Source: an uncultured Jannaschia sp. (lineage in GTDB: Bacteria > Pseudomonadota > Alphaproteobacteria > Rhodobacterales > Rhodobacteraceae). Taken from it: a DNA stretch of 37,387 bases. Of this stretch, positions 8,787 through 19,086 are shown piece after piece (position 1 is the stretch's first letter; each line of letters begins with the position of its first letter). Position numbers and translations under genes: made by a program. Under the pieces are notes generated by a model. It saw only the letters and a program-made list of their open reading frames with translations. It did no database searches and was not told where the DNA came from. Location of the stretch: NCBI GenBank assembly GCA_964589025.1, contig CAZPSB010000001.1, positions 1 to 37,387 of the forward strand, given 5' to 3'.

Positions 8787-10655
8787 ATGCCAAATCAAGA
8801 TGCATATCCCCCGCTGACCGGGCATGATGTGATCCGTGATTATGTCAAAACGTTGGATCACAGCCCCGGCGTGTACCGAATGCTGGATGATCAATCGCGG
8901 GTGTTATATGTTGGCAAGGCGCGGGCGTTGAAAAAACGCGTGGCCAATTATGCCAAACCCACCGGGCACAGCGCGCGGATTTCGCGGATGATCGGCGAAA
9001 CGGCATCCATGATGTTTTTGACAACGCGCACCGAAACCGAGGCGTTGTTGTTAGAACAAAACCTGATCAAGCAGTTAAAGCCGCGCTATAATGTCTTGCT
9101 GCGCGATGACAAAAGCTTTCCCAATATTTTGGTATCGGGGTCACATGATTTTCCGCAGATCAAAAAACATCGCGGGGCGAAAAAGGAAAAGGGCGCGTAT
9201 TTCGGGCCATTTGCCAGCGCGTCATCGGTCAACCGGACATTGAACCAATTGCAAAGGGTGTTTTTGTTGCGCAATTGCACAGATGCGGTGTTTGACGCGC
9301 GCACGCGGCCTTGTTTATTGCATCAGATCAAACGGTGTTCGGCCCCTTGTGTGGGGTTGATATCCAAGGGCGATTACGCGGCTTCGGTGGCTGAGGCGGT
9401 GAAATTTCTCAAAGGTGATACAACCGATTTGCAGGCGCAATTGGCCGCCGATATGCAGGCGGCATCGGATAGAATGGAATTTGAACGCGCCGCCGCCTTG
9501 CGCGACCGGATTCATGCGTTAACCAATGTGCAATCGGCGCAAGGCATCAACCCCCATGGCGTGAAAGAGGCCGATGTGATTGCCCTGCATCTTGAGGGCG
9601 GGCAGGCCTGCGTTCAGGTGTTTTTCATCCGCGCCAACCAAAACTGGGGCAACAAAGATTACTACCCCCGCGTTGGTCCCGATATTCACGAGGCCGAGGT
9701 GTTAGAGGCCTTTCTTGGCCAATTCTATGACACCCAAGATGTGCCGGCGCAGATCATTTTGTCGCATCCGGTGGAAAACCCCGATCTGGTTATGGCCGCC
9801 TTGGCGCAAAAACGCGGGCGCAAGGTGCAAATCACCGTGCCCCAACGCGGCGAAAAGGCCGAATTGGTTAGCGGCGCCGCCCGCAATGCCCGCGAAAGTC
9901 TGGGCCGTCGCATGTCGGAAAATGCCGCGCAATCCAAATTGTTACAGGGTTTGGCCGATACCTTTGGTCTGGATGGCCCACCCACCCGGATTGAGGTTTA
10001 TGACAATTCCCATATCCAAGGCACGCATGCCGTGGGTGCGATGATTGTGGCCGGGGCGGATGGGTTTATCAAAAGCCAATATCGCAAATTCAACATCCAA
10101 GGCGATGATCTGACGCCGGGCGATGATTTCGGCATGATGCGCGAAGTTCTGCAGCGCCGGTTTCAACGTCTTTTGAAAGAAGACCCTGACCGTAAAACCG
10201 ATGCTTGGCCTGATTTGTTATTGATTGATGGCGGCGCGGGGCAGATTTCGGCAGTGCATGGTATTTTGCAGGATTTAGGCGTCCAAGACATCCCCTATAT
10301 CGGTGTGGCCAAGGGCGTGGATCGTGACCATGGCAAGGAAGAATTCCACCGCCCTGGCCGTGCCGCCTTTGCGTTGAAACGCAATGATCCGGTATTGTAT
10401 TTCATTCAACGCCTGCGGGACGAAGCCCACCGTTTTGCCATTGGGGCGCATCGGCAAAAACGATCAAAGGCCCTATCGGCCAATCCATTGGATGAAATCC
10501 CCGGTGTGGGGGCCAGGCGCAAACGTGCGCTTTTGGCCCATTTCGGCAGCGCCAAGGCCGTTGCCCGCGCCAATTTGGCCGATCTTCAGGCCGCAGAGGG
10601 CATAAATGCAGGCCTTGCCCAAAAAATATTCGACTTTTTCCATGACCAAGGGTAA
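8787..10655 (+). CDS. uvrC: Excinuclease ABC subunit C
   Basis: 622 aa with a GIY-YIG N-terminus (GVYRMLD...VLYVGKA), a UVR domain, the endonuclease V region and C-terminal (HhH)2. Confidence 0.97.
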   Translation: MPNQDAYPPLTGHDVIRDYVKTLDHSPGVYRMLDDQSRVLYVGKARALKKRVANYAKPTGHSARISRMIGETASMMFLTTRTETEALLLEQNLIKQLKPRYNVLLRDDKSFPNILVSGSHDFPQIKKHRGAKKEKGAYFGPFASASSVNRTLNQLQRVFLLRNCTDAVFDARTRPCLLHQIKRCSAPCVGLISKGDYAASVAEAVKFLKGDTTDLQAQLAADMQAASDRMEFERAAALRDRIHALTNVQSAQGINPHGVKEADVIALHLEGGQACVQVFFIRANQNWGNKDYYPRVGPDIHEAEVLEAFLGQFYDTQDVPAQIILSHPVENPDLVMAALAQKRGRKVQITVPQRGEKAELVSGAARNARESLGRRMSENAAQSKLLQGLADTFGLDGPPTRIEVYDNSHIQGTHAVGAMIVAGADGFIKSQYRKFNIQGDDLTPGDDFGMMREVLQRRFQRLLKEDPDRKTDAWPDLLLIDGGAGQISAVHGILQDLGVQDIPYIGVAKGVDRDHGKEEFHRPGRAAFALKRNDPVLYFIQRLRDEAHRFAIGAHRQKRSKALSANPLDEIPGVGARRKRALLAHFGSAKAVARANLADLQAAEGINAGLAQKIFDFFHDQG

Positions 10656-10665
10656 GGCAGAACGG

Positions 10666-11331
10666 ATGTTTTGGACCATTCCCAATGTTTTGACCGTGTT
10701 TCGCCTGATTGTTCCTTTGGCGATTATATCGGTATTTTTGATCTTGCCGCGCCCTTATGCGGATATGGTGGCATTGGGCCTGTTTTTGGGGGCTGCGATT
10801 ACCGATTATCTGGATGGGTGGTTGGCGCGCAAATGGAACCAATGCAGCCAGATCGGCGCAATGCTTGACCCGATTGCCGATAAGGCGTTGGTGATGATCA
10901 CGCTGGCGCTGTTTTTGGGGCTGCATGGTGTGTTTGTCTGGCTGGTGATTCCCGTGGCCATCATCATATTCCGCGAAGTTTTCGTGTCAGGTCTGCGCGA
11001 ATCCTTGGGCGCGGGCAATGGCGCGCTAAAGGTTAGCCGGTTGGCCAAATGGAAAACCACCGTGCAGATGGTGGCGATGGTGGTTTTGTTTGGCTGGGGT
11101 ATTTTCGAACATTATTTCGTCATGCGCAGTTTTGCCATGCCGCCCGATCATGTGAATGCCGTTTTGGCCGGGCAGGGGGCAGACCCGCTTTTTCTGCGAT
11201 TGATCTATGATGGTTTGATCTGGTCGTCTTATGGCGGGTTGGCGTTGCTTTGGCTGGCGGCTATTTTGACAATCATCACGGGATACACCTATTTTCGCGC
11301 GGTCTTACGCAGTTTGGCGGGCAAAGAATGA
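10666..11331 (+). CDS. pgsA: CDP-diacylglycerol--glycerol-3-phosphate 3-phosphatidyltransferase
   Basis: CDP-alcohol phosphatidyltransferase motif DYLDGWLARKWNQCSQIGAMLDPIADK. I prefer ATG 10666 (MFWTIPNVLT), which avoids overlap with uvrC. Confidence 0.9.
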   Translation: MFWTIPNVLTVFRLIVPLAIISVFLILPRPYADMVALGLFLGAAITDYLDGWLARKWNQCSQIGAMLDPIADKALVMITLALFLGLHGVFVWLVIPVAIIIFREVFVSGLRESLGAGNGALKVSRLAKWKTTVQMVAMVVLFGWGIFEHYFVMRSFAMPPDHVNAVLAGQGADPLFLRLIYDGLIWSSYGGLALLWLAAILTIITGYTYFRAVLRSLAGKE

Positions 11332-11579
11332 TCGTAGATATTCGATATTTCGCGTGGTTGCGCGAACGCATTGGCACCGCATCTGAAACGATTGAAACCG
11401 ATGCCACCACCATTGCCGACTTGATCGAAGACCTGAAATCGCGCAGTGCCGCGCATGAATTTGCCCTGTCTGATCCGGCGCAATTGCGGGCGGCCATTGA
11501 TCAGGATTTGGTTGATTTCGATGCCCCGATCACCGGCGCGCGCGAAGTGGCGTTTTTCCCCCCCATGACAGGCGGTTAA
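11328..11579 (+). CDS. moaD: Molybdopterin synthase sulfur-carrier subunit MoaD
   Basis: 83 aa ubiquitin-like protein ending in ...PPMTGG. ATGA overlap with the pgsA stop, and immediately upstream of moaE. Confidence 0.9.
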   Translation: MIVDIRYFAWLRERIGTASETIETDATTIADLIEDLKSRSAAHEFALSDPAQLRAAIDQDLVDFDAPITGAREVAFFPPMTGG

Positions 11580-11582
11580 ACA

Positions 11583-12041
11583 ATGCAGCCCATTCATGTG
11601 CAATCTGCCCCATTTGATATGGGCCATGAATTGAATAGCTTTCGTGAACAGGTCAAAGGCGCGGGGGCGATTGTCACTTTTTGCGGCATAACGCGTGATG
11701 TGGCCGGGGGGGATCTTGTGGCGATGGAAATCGAACATTACCCCGGCATGACCGAATGTGCGCTTGAAACAATCAGGGCGAAGGCGATTACCCGGTTTGA
11801 TTTGGCCGGGGCCATGATCGTGCATCGCTATGGGGTGATGGCCCCAAATGACGCAATCATGATGGTGGCCACCGCCGCGCGTCACCGCGCCGCCGCCTTT
11901 GAGGGTGCAGAGTTTTTGATGGATTACCTGAAATCCCGCGCGCCATTTTGGAAAAAGGAAATCACCCAAGATGGCGCGACATGGGTCGATGCCAAACCCC
12001 AAGATGAGACCGCCCTATCGCGTTGGAATACAGGTGATTAG
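11583..12041 (+). CDS. moaE: Molybdopterin synthase catalytic subunit MoaE
   Basis: 152 aa with conserved HRYG..., AARHRAAAFEGAEFLMDYLKSRAPFWKKE. Confidence 0.92.
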   Translation: MQPIHVQSAPFDMGHELNSFREQVKGAGAIVTFCGITRDVAGGDLVAMEIEHYPGMTECALETIRAKAITRFDLAGAMIVHRYGVMAPNDAIMMVATAARHRAAAFEGAEFLMDYLKSRAPFWKKEITQDGATWVDAKPQDETALSRWNTGD

Positions 12042-12044
12042 CGC

Positions 12045-12227
12045 CTAAAAATCAACGGCAATGCCCTTTTTTTCCCAATCGCCATAGCGCACGGGTTCGG
12101 GGCCATCGCGGCCCCCTAATTCGGTTGGCAGGGCGGGCTTGGTGGCGGCGTCTTTGCGGCGGGCCTCGGCCTCGGCTAAGGCGCGCTTGGCGGCGGGGGG
12201 CAGATCGGGGTTGGGTTTGTCGGTCAA
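12045..12227 (-). CDS. DUF1674 (SDHAF4-like) protein
   Basis: C-terminus ...GGRDGPEPVRYGDWEKKGIAVDF is the DUF1674 signature. I place the start at TTG 12227, preceded by GGAGG at 5-nt spacing, rather than the track's start at 12284. Confidence 0.75.
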   Translation of the reverse strand: MTDKPNPDLPPAAKRALAEAEARRKDAATKPALPTELGGRDGPEPVRYGDWEKKGIAVDF

Positions 12228-12302
12228 AATAGCCTCCTTGCCTGATGATGGGGAATGATATATCGCCCAAATCCCTAAGAACAAGGCAAAGGCGGTTTAT
12301 TC

Positions 12303-13517
12303 ATGTCAGGTATCACAGCACGGCACGCCGCCCTCAAAGCATTGAATCACGTTTTGAAAGATCACCGTATGTTGGTGCATTTTTCATATGATCCCGCGCT
12401 TTCGGGGATGGATCGCGCGCGGGCGGGGCGATTGGCGCATATGGTGTTGTCCAATCTTGGCCCTGTGGATGCGGTGTTGAAAGGCTATCTTGATCGCCGC
12501 CCGCCTTGGCCCGCGCGCATGGTGTTGCGCCTTGCGGTGGCGGAATTGATGATTGCCGGGGCCGATGCGCATGGCGTTGTCGATAGCGCGGTTCAGATCA
12601 TGAAATTACATCGCAGCACCGCCCGCCTTTCGGGATTTGTGAATGCCGTTTTGCGCCGTATTGTCACCCAAGGCCCCGCGATTTGGGCCGAACAACCGCC
12701 CCAACGTTTGCCCAATTGGATTGCGCAACCGGTGCGTAAATCATTTGGCCAAGATGCATTGCGCGCCATTGAATTGGCCCATACACGCCGCGCGCCGATT
12801 GATTTGACGTGCAAAACCGCCAATATGCCGACCTTGGAACATGCGATTGTCTTGCCCACAGGGTCTTTGCGTTTGGATGGCGCGCCGCAGGTTTCAACCC
12901 TGCCGGGATATGCGGATGGCGCGTGGTGGGTGCAAGATGCCGCCGCCGCCTTGCCTGCGCGTCTATTGGGCGATGTGGCCGGGCGCGATGTGTTGGATCT
13001 TTGCGCCGCGCCGGGGGGCAAAATGATGCAATTGGCCGCGCAAGGCGCGCAGGTTACGGCGTTGGATATATCTGAACCGCGCATGGCGCGGGTGCGCGAA
13101 AACCTTGGCCGCACGGGGTTGCAGGCCAATGTGATAGTGGGCGATGCGTTTGATTATGACAGCCCGCAGGATTTTATCCTGCTGGATGCGCCATGCAGTG
13201 CAACGGGCACCATTCGCCGCCATCCCGATTTGCCCTTTGTCAAATCTGGCCGTGATGTTGAACCGCTGACCAAGTTGCAAATGCGATTGATTGATCACGC
13301 TTTTGGCTTGCTGCGCCGGGGCGGGCGGATGGTGTATTGCACTTGTTCGTTATTACCGGTTGAGGGCGAATTTCAGATCAAGGCCGCCTTGGGCCGCCAT
13401 AGCACGATGCGCATTGCCCCGATTGACCCCATCCCATTGGGCGGCACCCTAGATTGCGTCTGCGCCCTGATTTTTGGGCCGATTGCGGCGGGATGGATGG
13501 GTTTTACATGGCAGTGA
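12303..13517 (+). CDS. rsmB: 16S rRNA m5C methyltransferase, RsmB/Sun family, with an apparent 1-nt frameshift near the 3' end
   Basis: SAM-MTase core DLCAAPGGK and catalytic DAPCSATGT / YCTCS are present. The family's C-terminal DGFF-type motif appears only in another frame (...LRLRPDFWADCGGMDGFYMAVIEKA*, stop at 13529-13531). Confidence 0.85.
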   Translation: MSGITARHAALKALNHVLKDHRMLVHFSYDPALSGMDRARAGRLAHMVLSNLGPVDAVLKGYLDRRPPWPARMVLRLAVAELMIAGADAHGVVDSAVQIMKLHRSTARLSGFVNAVLRRIVTQGPAIWAEQPPQRLPNWIAQPVRKSFGQDALRAIELAHTRRAPIDLTCKTANMPTLEHAIVLPTGSLRLDGAPQVSTLPGYADGAWWVQDAAAALPARLLGDVAGRDVLDLCAAPGGKMMQLAAQGAQVTALDISEPRMARVRENLGRTGLQANVIVGDAFDYDSPQDFILLDAPCSATGTIRRHPDLPFVKSGRDVEPLTKLQMRLIDHAFGLLRRGGRMVYCTCSLLPVEGEFQIKAALGRHSTMRIAPIDPIPLGGTLDCVCALIFGPIAAGWMGFTWQ

Positions 13518-13630
13518 TCGAAAAAGCCTAAACGCAAGCGCGGCGATAATCTGCCGCCTGCCCTTTTCATGCGGGCCAAGATATGGCAACGCGTGGCACA
13601 GATTTCTGATTGCCGCCAAAGGATACCGCC

Positions 13631-15220
13631 ATGACCGATCTTGCCCCTATAAAACGCGCCTTGATTTCTGTTTCCGATAAAACAGGATTGGTTGAATTGG
13701 GCCGGGCTTTGCAAGGATATGGGGTTGAGGTGATTTCAACTGGCGGATCGGCCAAGGCCTTGCGCGATGCAGGCGTTGCGGTAAGTGATGTGGCCGATAT
13801 CACCGGCTTTCCCGAAATGATGGATGGCCGGGTCAAAACCCTGCACCCGATGGTGCATGGGGGGTTGTTGGCCTTGCGCGATGATGCAGGCCATCAACAG
13901 GCGATGCGCGATCACGGTATTGCCGGGATTGATCTTTTGGTGGTCAATCTCTACCCGTTTGAGGCCACTGTCGCGGGCGGTGCTGATTACGCCACGGCAA
14001 TTGAAAACATTGATATTGGCGGGCCTGCCATGATTCGCGCGGCGGCCAAAAACCATGCCTTTGTCACCACTTTGGTCGACCCGGCGCAATATCAGGGGTT
14101 ATTGGATGAACTGGCGGCGCAAAATGGGCAGACATGCTATGGGTTTCGTCAATCCATGGCTTTGGCGGCCTATGGGCGCACGGCGGTCTATGATGCGGCG
14201 GTTTCAAACTGGATGGCGCAGGCCACAGACACGCCATCGCCTGCCTATGCGGCCTTTGGCGGGCAAAGCGCGCTGGCGCTGCGTTATGGTGAAAACCCGC
14301 ATCAGGCGGCGACATTTTACCGCGATGGGTCCAACCGGCCCGGCGTGGCCACGGCCCGGCAGATACAGGGCAAGGCATTAAGTTATAACAATATCAACGA
14401 CACCAATGCCGCCTTTGAATTGGTGGCGGAATTTCACGACCAAGACCGCCCGGCCTGTGTGATTGTCAAACATGCCAATCCCTGCGGCGTGGCCTTGGGC
14501 GATAGTTTGGCCGGGGCGTATCAAAGGGCCTTTGATTGTGACCGCACCAGCGCCTTTGGCGGCATTGTTGCCTTTAACCGCGCGCTGGATGCCGATACCG
14601 CCGCCTTGATCGTTGATATCTTTACCGAGGTCGTGATTGCACCCGGTGCCACGCCGCAGGCCCAAGAGGTTCTGGCCAAGCAGAAAAACCTGCGGCTTTT
14701 GATTACTGATGGCCTGCCTGATCCGAAAACAGGCGCGCCTGCGCTGCGGCAAGTGGCCGGTGGGTATTTGGTGCAATCCCCCGATACGGGCTTTGTCACG
14801 CAAGATCAGCTGACCTGCGCGACGCAAAAAACACCCTCAGCCCAAGATATGGCGGATTTGTTATTTGCTTGGCGCGTGGCAAAACATGTGAAATCCAACG
14901 CCATTGTCTATGCCAAAAACGGCCAGACCGTCGGCATTGGCGCCGGCCAGATGAGCCGCGTCGACAGTGCCCGCATCGCAGGGCGCAAAGCCGCCGATAT
15001 GATGCAGGCCACAGGCGCCACAACATCCCCCACCCAAGGCGCGGTGATGGCATCGGATGCGTTTTTGCCTTTTGCCGATGGGCTTGATGCCGCGATCGAG
15101 GCCGGGATTGCCGCCGTCATTCAACCCGGCGGGTCCATCCGTGACGCCGAAGTTATTGAAACCGCCAATCGCGCCGGTCTTGCCATGGTGTTCACCGGCA
15201 TGCGCCATTTCCGCCATTAA
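13631..15220 (+). CDS. purH: Bifunctional AICAR formyltransferase / IMP cyclohydrolase
   Basis: N-terminus [14 protein letters not shown] and MGS-like domain, with the canonical C-terminus ...[10 protein letters not shown] prefer ATG 13631 (AAAGGA upstream). Confidence 0.97.
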   Translation: MTDLAPIKRALISVSDKTGLVELGRALQGYGVEVISTGGSAKALRDAGVAVSDVADITGFPEMMDGRVKTLHPMVHGGLLALRDDAGHQQAMRDHGIAGIDLLVVNLYPFEATVAGGADYATAIENIDIGGPAMIRAAAKNHAFVTTLVDPAQYQGLLDELAAQNGQTCYGFRQSMALAAYGRTAVYDAAVSNWMAQATDTPSPAYAAFGGQSALALRYGENPHQAATFYRDGSNRPGVATARQIQGKALSYNNINDTNAAFELVAEFHDQDRPACVIVKHANPCGVALGDSLAGAYQRAFDCDRTSAFGGIVAFNRALDADTAALIVDIFTEVVIAPGATPQAQEVLAKQKNLRLLITDGLPDPKTGAPALRQVAGGYLVQSPDTGFVTQDQLTCATQKTPSAQDMADLLFAWRVAKHVKSNAIVYAKNGQTVGIGAGQMSRVDSARIAGRKAADMMQATGATTSPTQGAVMASDAFLPFADGLDAAIEAGIAAVIQPGGSIRDAEVIETANRAGLAMVFTGMRHFRH

Positions 15221-15241
15221 GGGCCGCAAAGGATCACATTC

Positions 15242-15715
15242 ATGCGCATCTTTATCCTATCTGCTTTGCTGGTTTTAGCCCTTGATCAGGGCAGCAAAAA
15301 CGCCATTCTCTATCTGCTTGATCTGCCCAATCGCGGTATGGTTGAGGTCTTTCCCCCCTTTCTGGTATTCTTGATGGGGTGGAATACCGGCATCAATTTT
15401 GGCCTGTTTGCCAATAATGATGATCTGGCCCGTTGGGTTTTGGTGGCGGTGTCATTGGCCATTTGCGCCTGGATCGCATGGTGGGTGTTGCGCCCGCCGC
15501 GCCCGCGCGCGATTGTCATGGTGTCAGGCGGCGCGATTATTGGTGGGGCGTTGGGCAATGTGATGGATCGCGTGATCTATGGCGCGGTTGTGGATTTTTT
15601 GAACATGTCATGTTGTGGCATTACCAACCCTTTTGCGTTTAACATCGCCGATATTGCGATTTTTGCAGGTGCAATTGGGTTGCTGATTTTCACAGATCAG
15701 TCCAAAACATCATAG
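15242..15715 (+). CDS. lspA: Lipoprotein signal peptidase (signal peptidase II)
   Basis: 157 aa, 4 TM, with DQGSK, NTGINFG, GNVMDR and FNIADIAI blocks. Confidence 0.93.
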   Translation: MRIFILSALLVLALDQGSKNAILYLLDLPNRGMVEVFPPFLVFLMGWNTGINFGLFANNDDLARWVLVAVSLAICAWIAWWVLRPPRPRAIVMVSGGAIIGGALGNVMDRVIYGAVVDFLNMSCCGITNPFAFNIADIAIFAGAIGLLIFTDQSKTS

Positions 15716-15762
15716 ATGATGATGTGTTTTGGGTTTATACTTTGGTCAAAAGGGGCACTGAC

Positions 15763-16290
15763 ATGACGTATATGTTCAAACTATCAGCGGCTTTGATGAT
15801 GGGTGTGATGCTGTCGGCCTGTGGTGGGGCGGGTGATGGCGGGTTGATGAATATCCGCAATACCGAAACCGGGCCTGATGAATTTGCCGTTTTGCCCAAT
15901 GCGCCTTTGCAAATTCCGTCAGATTTATCTGCCTTGCCCGAACCCACCTTGGGCGGGGAAAACCGGGTTGATCCCAATCCGCAGGCCGATGCGATTGCCG
16001 CACTTGGTGGAAATATCAACCGCGGCGTGCGGGGGGGATCTGGTTTATTGAATTATGCCAATCGGTTTGGGGGCGCGGATGATATTCGCGCCACACTTGC
16101 GGCCGAAGATCGTGAATTCAGGGCGGATAATCCAGGCCGCGTATTGGAACGCGCCTTTGGCACCAATGTCTATTTCCGCGCCTATCGGTTTATGACCTTG
16201 GATGCAGATGCCGAATATCAACGCCTGCGCGCCCAAGGTGTGCGCACATTGGCCCGGTCCCCCAACCCTACCGAAGATGACGATGATTAA
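15763..16290 (+). CDS. Lipoprotein, DUF3035-like
   Basis: MTYMFKLSAALMMGVMLSAC carries a lipobox (LSAC). The Gly/Asp-rich mature protein and the position after lspA fit DUF3035 as I recall it. Start at ATG 15763 (AGGGG upstream). Confidence 0.6.
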   Translation: MTYMFKLSAALMMGVMLSACGGAGDGGLMNIRNTETGPDEFAVLPNAPLQIPSDLSALPEPTLGGENRVDPNPQADAIAALGGNINRGVRGGSGLLNYANRFGGADDIRATLAAEDREFRADNPGRVLERAFGTNVYFRAYRFMTLDADAEYQRLRAQGVRTLARSPNPTEDDDD

Positions 16291-16372
16291 GGGCTTCACA
16301 TCCGCGTTATGCGGTATTGACCCCTGCCGCCCTGCCCATAGATCCATATCATCTGGTTGACTGGAGGTCTTG

Positions 16373-17728
16373 ATGCTGCGCCGATTTGGTCTTGTCTTTA
16401 GCCTTGTTTTATGGGCCCCTGTGATGGGCTTTGCCACGGGTGAAATCACAGAATTCACCCTTGAAAACGGATTGCAGGTTGTCGTCATCGAAGATCACCG
16501 CAGCCCCGCCGTAACCCATATGATGTGGTATCGCACCGGCGCCGCAGATGAAGCCCCCGGCCAATCCGGCATTGCCCATTTCGTGGAACATTTGATGTTC
16601 AAGGCCACCGATGATTTGGCCACAGGTGAATTCAGCCAACTGGTCGAGGCCAATGGCGGCAGCGACAATGCCTTTACCTCGTGGGATTATACGGGGTATT
16701 TTCAACGCATTGCCCGCGATCGTCTGGATCTTATGATGCAGATGGAGGCCGAACGCATGACCGACCTGATCTTTGATCCGGCGGAAATCATTACTGAACG
16801 GTCGGTGATTTTGGAAGAACGCGCCCAACGCACCGATTCCAGCCCCGGCGCGTTATTTAGTGAACAGATGCGCGCGGCCATCTATCTGGCCCATCCGTAT
16901 CGCATTCCGATTATCGGCTGGCGTCATGAAATGCAGGCCCTTTCAATTGACGATGCCCGCGCCTTTTATGATACCTATTATGCACCCAATAACGCCATTT
17001 TGATCGTCGCAGGCGATACCACGCCTGATGAAGTGCGCGATTTGGCAATGCGGCATTACGGGCCGATCCCGCCATCGGATGATTTGCCGCTGCGCGAACG
17101 CCCGCAAGACCCGCCGCATGTCGCCAATCGTCGTGTGATATTGCAAGATGATCGCGTGGCCAACCCCTATGTCATGATCAGCTATCTTGCGCCCAATCGC
17201 CAAATGGGGGCGCAACGCGATGCGGCGGCGCTTTTTCTATTGGCCGAAATTCTGGGCGGGGCGTCGCAAAATTCCATCTTGACGCGTGATTTGGAAATTG
17301 ATGCGCAGCGATCTTTGTTTACCGGGGCGTATTACAACCCGACAACCCTGGATCAGACGACGTTTTCATTGGTCAATATGCCTGTGCCCGGCCTGTCGAT
17401 GCAGCAGGCCGAAGATGACCTGCGCCGGGTCATTGCTGATTTTCTGGAAAACGGCATTGACCCTGACCATTTCGAACGGCTGCAATTTCAGGTCGCCGCC
17501 GCGCAGATTTACGCACAAGATGATGTGGGCACGATTGCGCGGGCCTATGGTGCGGCCTTGACCAGTGGTTTAACCGTGGCCGATCAACAGGCCTGGCCTG
17601 ATGTGATTTCCGCCACCACGATTGATGATGTGATGCGCGTTGCCCGTGATTTGTTTGAAACCACCCATGATGTCACCGGCTATCTGATGCGCCCCGACGC
17701 ACAGGCCGCGCAGGGGGATGCCCAATGA
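16373..17728 (+). CDS. M16 (pitrilysin) family zinc peptidase, catalytic-type subunit
   Basis: Signal peptide, then the inverted zinc motif HFVEH followed by a downstream Glu. GGAGG lies upstream of ATG 16373. Confidence 0.9.
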   Translation: MLRRFGLVFSLVLWAPVMGFATGEITEFTLENGLQVVVIEDHRSPAVTHMMWYRTGAADEAPGQSGIAHFVEHLMFKATDDLATGEFSQLVEANGGSDNAFTSWDYTGYFQRIARDRLDLMMQMEAERMTDLIFDPAEIITERSVILEERAQRTDSSPGALFSEQMRAAIYLAHPYRIPIIGWRHEMQALSIDDARAFYDTYYAPNNAILIVAGDTTPDEVRDLAMRHYGPIPPSDDLPLRERPQDPPHVANRRVILQDDRVANPYVMISYLAPNRQMGAQRDAAALFLLAEILGGASQNSILTRDLEIDAQRSLFTGAYYNPTTLDQTTFSLVNMPVPGLSMQQAEDDLRRVIADFLENGIDPDHFERLQFQVAAAQIYAQDDVGTIARAYGAALTSGLTVADQQAWPDVISATTIDDVMRVARDLFETTHDVTGYLMRPDAQAAQGDAQ

Positions 17729-19032
17729 AAACCCATATTCTTGCTGCATTTTGTGCCATTGGATTGGGCGCGCCTGCCCTGTCCGAGGTTGATATTCAAC
17801 ATGTCACATCCCCCGGCGGGGTTCAGGCATGGTTGGTTCAGGATGAATCCATCCCCTTTGTGGCGATTGATTTCTGGTTTCAAGGCGGGGCCGTTTTAGA
17901 TGGCGATGATACCCAAGGTGCCACCTATTTGATGACGGGGCTTTTGAATGAGGGGGCCGGTGATTTGGATGCGCAGGGCTTTGCCCGGGCTGTCGAAGGG
18001 TTGGCGGCCAATTTTTCCTTTGATCTTCATCAAGATACTTTGATCGTCAGCGCCCAGATATTGACCCAAAATCGCGATCAGGCGGCGCAATTATTGCGCG
18101 ATGCCCTTGTGGCCCCGCGTTTTGATCCCGCACCACTTGATCGTGTGCGCGCGCAGGTTTTGGCCATTATTCAAGGCAATGCCCAAGACCCTGGTGAAAT
18201 CGCGCAATCTGCCTTTCGGGCCCGCGCCTTTGCCGGTCATCCCTATGCGCGCCCTATTGAGGGCCGGGTGGAAACCGTCACCGCCTTGTCGCGCAATGAT
18301 GTGATTGCCGCGCATCGCGCCGCACTGACCCGTGATCATGTGGTTGTGGGCGCGGCAGGCGATATATCAGCGCAGGATTTGGGCGCATTGGTTGATTTTA
18401 TTCTGGGCGATTTGCCCTTGGCCACCACCCCGCCCCCCGGCCCGGCGCAGGTCAATTTGCCCGGCGGGGTTGATGTGGTGGATTTCCCCACACCGCAATC
18501 GGTTGCCGTGTTTGGCCATGCCGGAATTGCGCGCGATGATCCTGATTTCTTTGCTGCTTTTGTGTTGAACCAAATCATGGGCGGTGGCAATTTTCGGTCA
18601 CGCCTGATGCAAGAGGTCCGCGTTGAACGTGGTCTGACCTATGGCATTGGCACATATTTATCGCTGGCCGATCATGCGCCCATGGTGTTGGGGCAGTTTT
18701 CATCTTCAAATGAATTGGTGGCAGATGCGATTGATCTTATTCGTGCGCAATGGGCCGATATCGCGGCAAATGGCGTTTCGCAGGATGAACTGGATGCCGC
18801 CATTCAATATCTGACCGGGGCCTATCCTTTGCGCTTTGAAGGCAATGGTTTGATTGCGGCCATGTTGGCCGGAATGCAATCCGATGATATGCCGATTGAT
18901 TATATCCTGACCCGCAATGATCGTGTGGCCGCTGTCACCCGCCAGGATGTGGCGCGTGTGGCCGCGCGCCTGTTGGACCCAGACGGATTGCATTTCGTCA
19001 TCGTGGGCCAGCCCCAAGGTTTGGCAGATTAA
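17725..19032 (+). CDS. M16 family peptidase, non-catalytic-type partner (no HxxEH)
   Basis: 435 aa with M16 fold-like sequence and a signal peptide but no HxxEH motif. ATGA overlap with the upstream M16 gene. Confidence 0.85.
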   Translation: MKTHILAAFCAIGLGAPALSEVDIQHVTSPGGVQAWLVQDESIPFVAIDFWFQGGAVLDGDDTQGATYLMTGLLNEGAGDLDAQGFARAVEGLAANFSFDLHQDTLIVSAQILTQNRDQAAQLLRDALVAPRFDPAPLDRVRAQVLAIIQGNAQDPGEIAQSAFRARAFAGHPYARPIEGRVETVTALSRNDVIAAHRAALTRDHVVVGAAGDISAQDLGALVDFILGDLPLATTPPPGPAQVNLPGGVDVVDFPTPQSVAVFGHAGIARDDPDFFAAFVLNQIMGGGNFRSRLMQEVRVERGLTYGIGTYLSLADHAPMVLGQFSSSNELVADAIDLIRAQWADIAANGVSQDELDAAIQYLTGAYPLRFEGNGLIAAMLAGMQSDDMPIDYILTRNDRVAAVTRQDVARVAARLLDPDGLHFVIVGQPQGLAD

Positions 19033-19086
19033 ATCCATCGGATTGCCCGGTGGTCACTGCGATGTGATTATGCTAGGTCTTGGGTC

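Noticed and set aside
11289-12002. 237-aa minus-strand ORF covering moaD and moaE.
   Set aside because: It is a shadow ORF opposite two well-supported genes. The translation is Gly/Arg/His-rich with no family resemblance.
13539-13580. Possible ZTP (pfl) riboswitch upstream of purH: a hairpin GCGGC-N8-GCCGC whose 3' strand reads CCGCCTGCCC, resembling the conserved CCGCCUGGGC element.
   Set aside because: The GGGC part is replaced by CCC. I also cannot find the conserved 5' subdomain (GACUGGCG / CCGGG-type elements) in the 110 nt upstream of purH or in the rsmB 3' end. A covariance-model scan would settle it.
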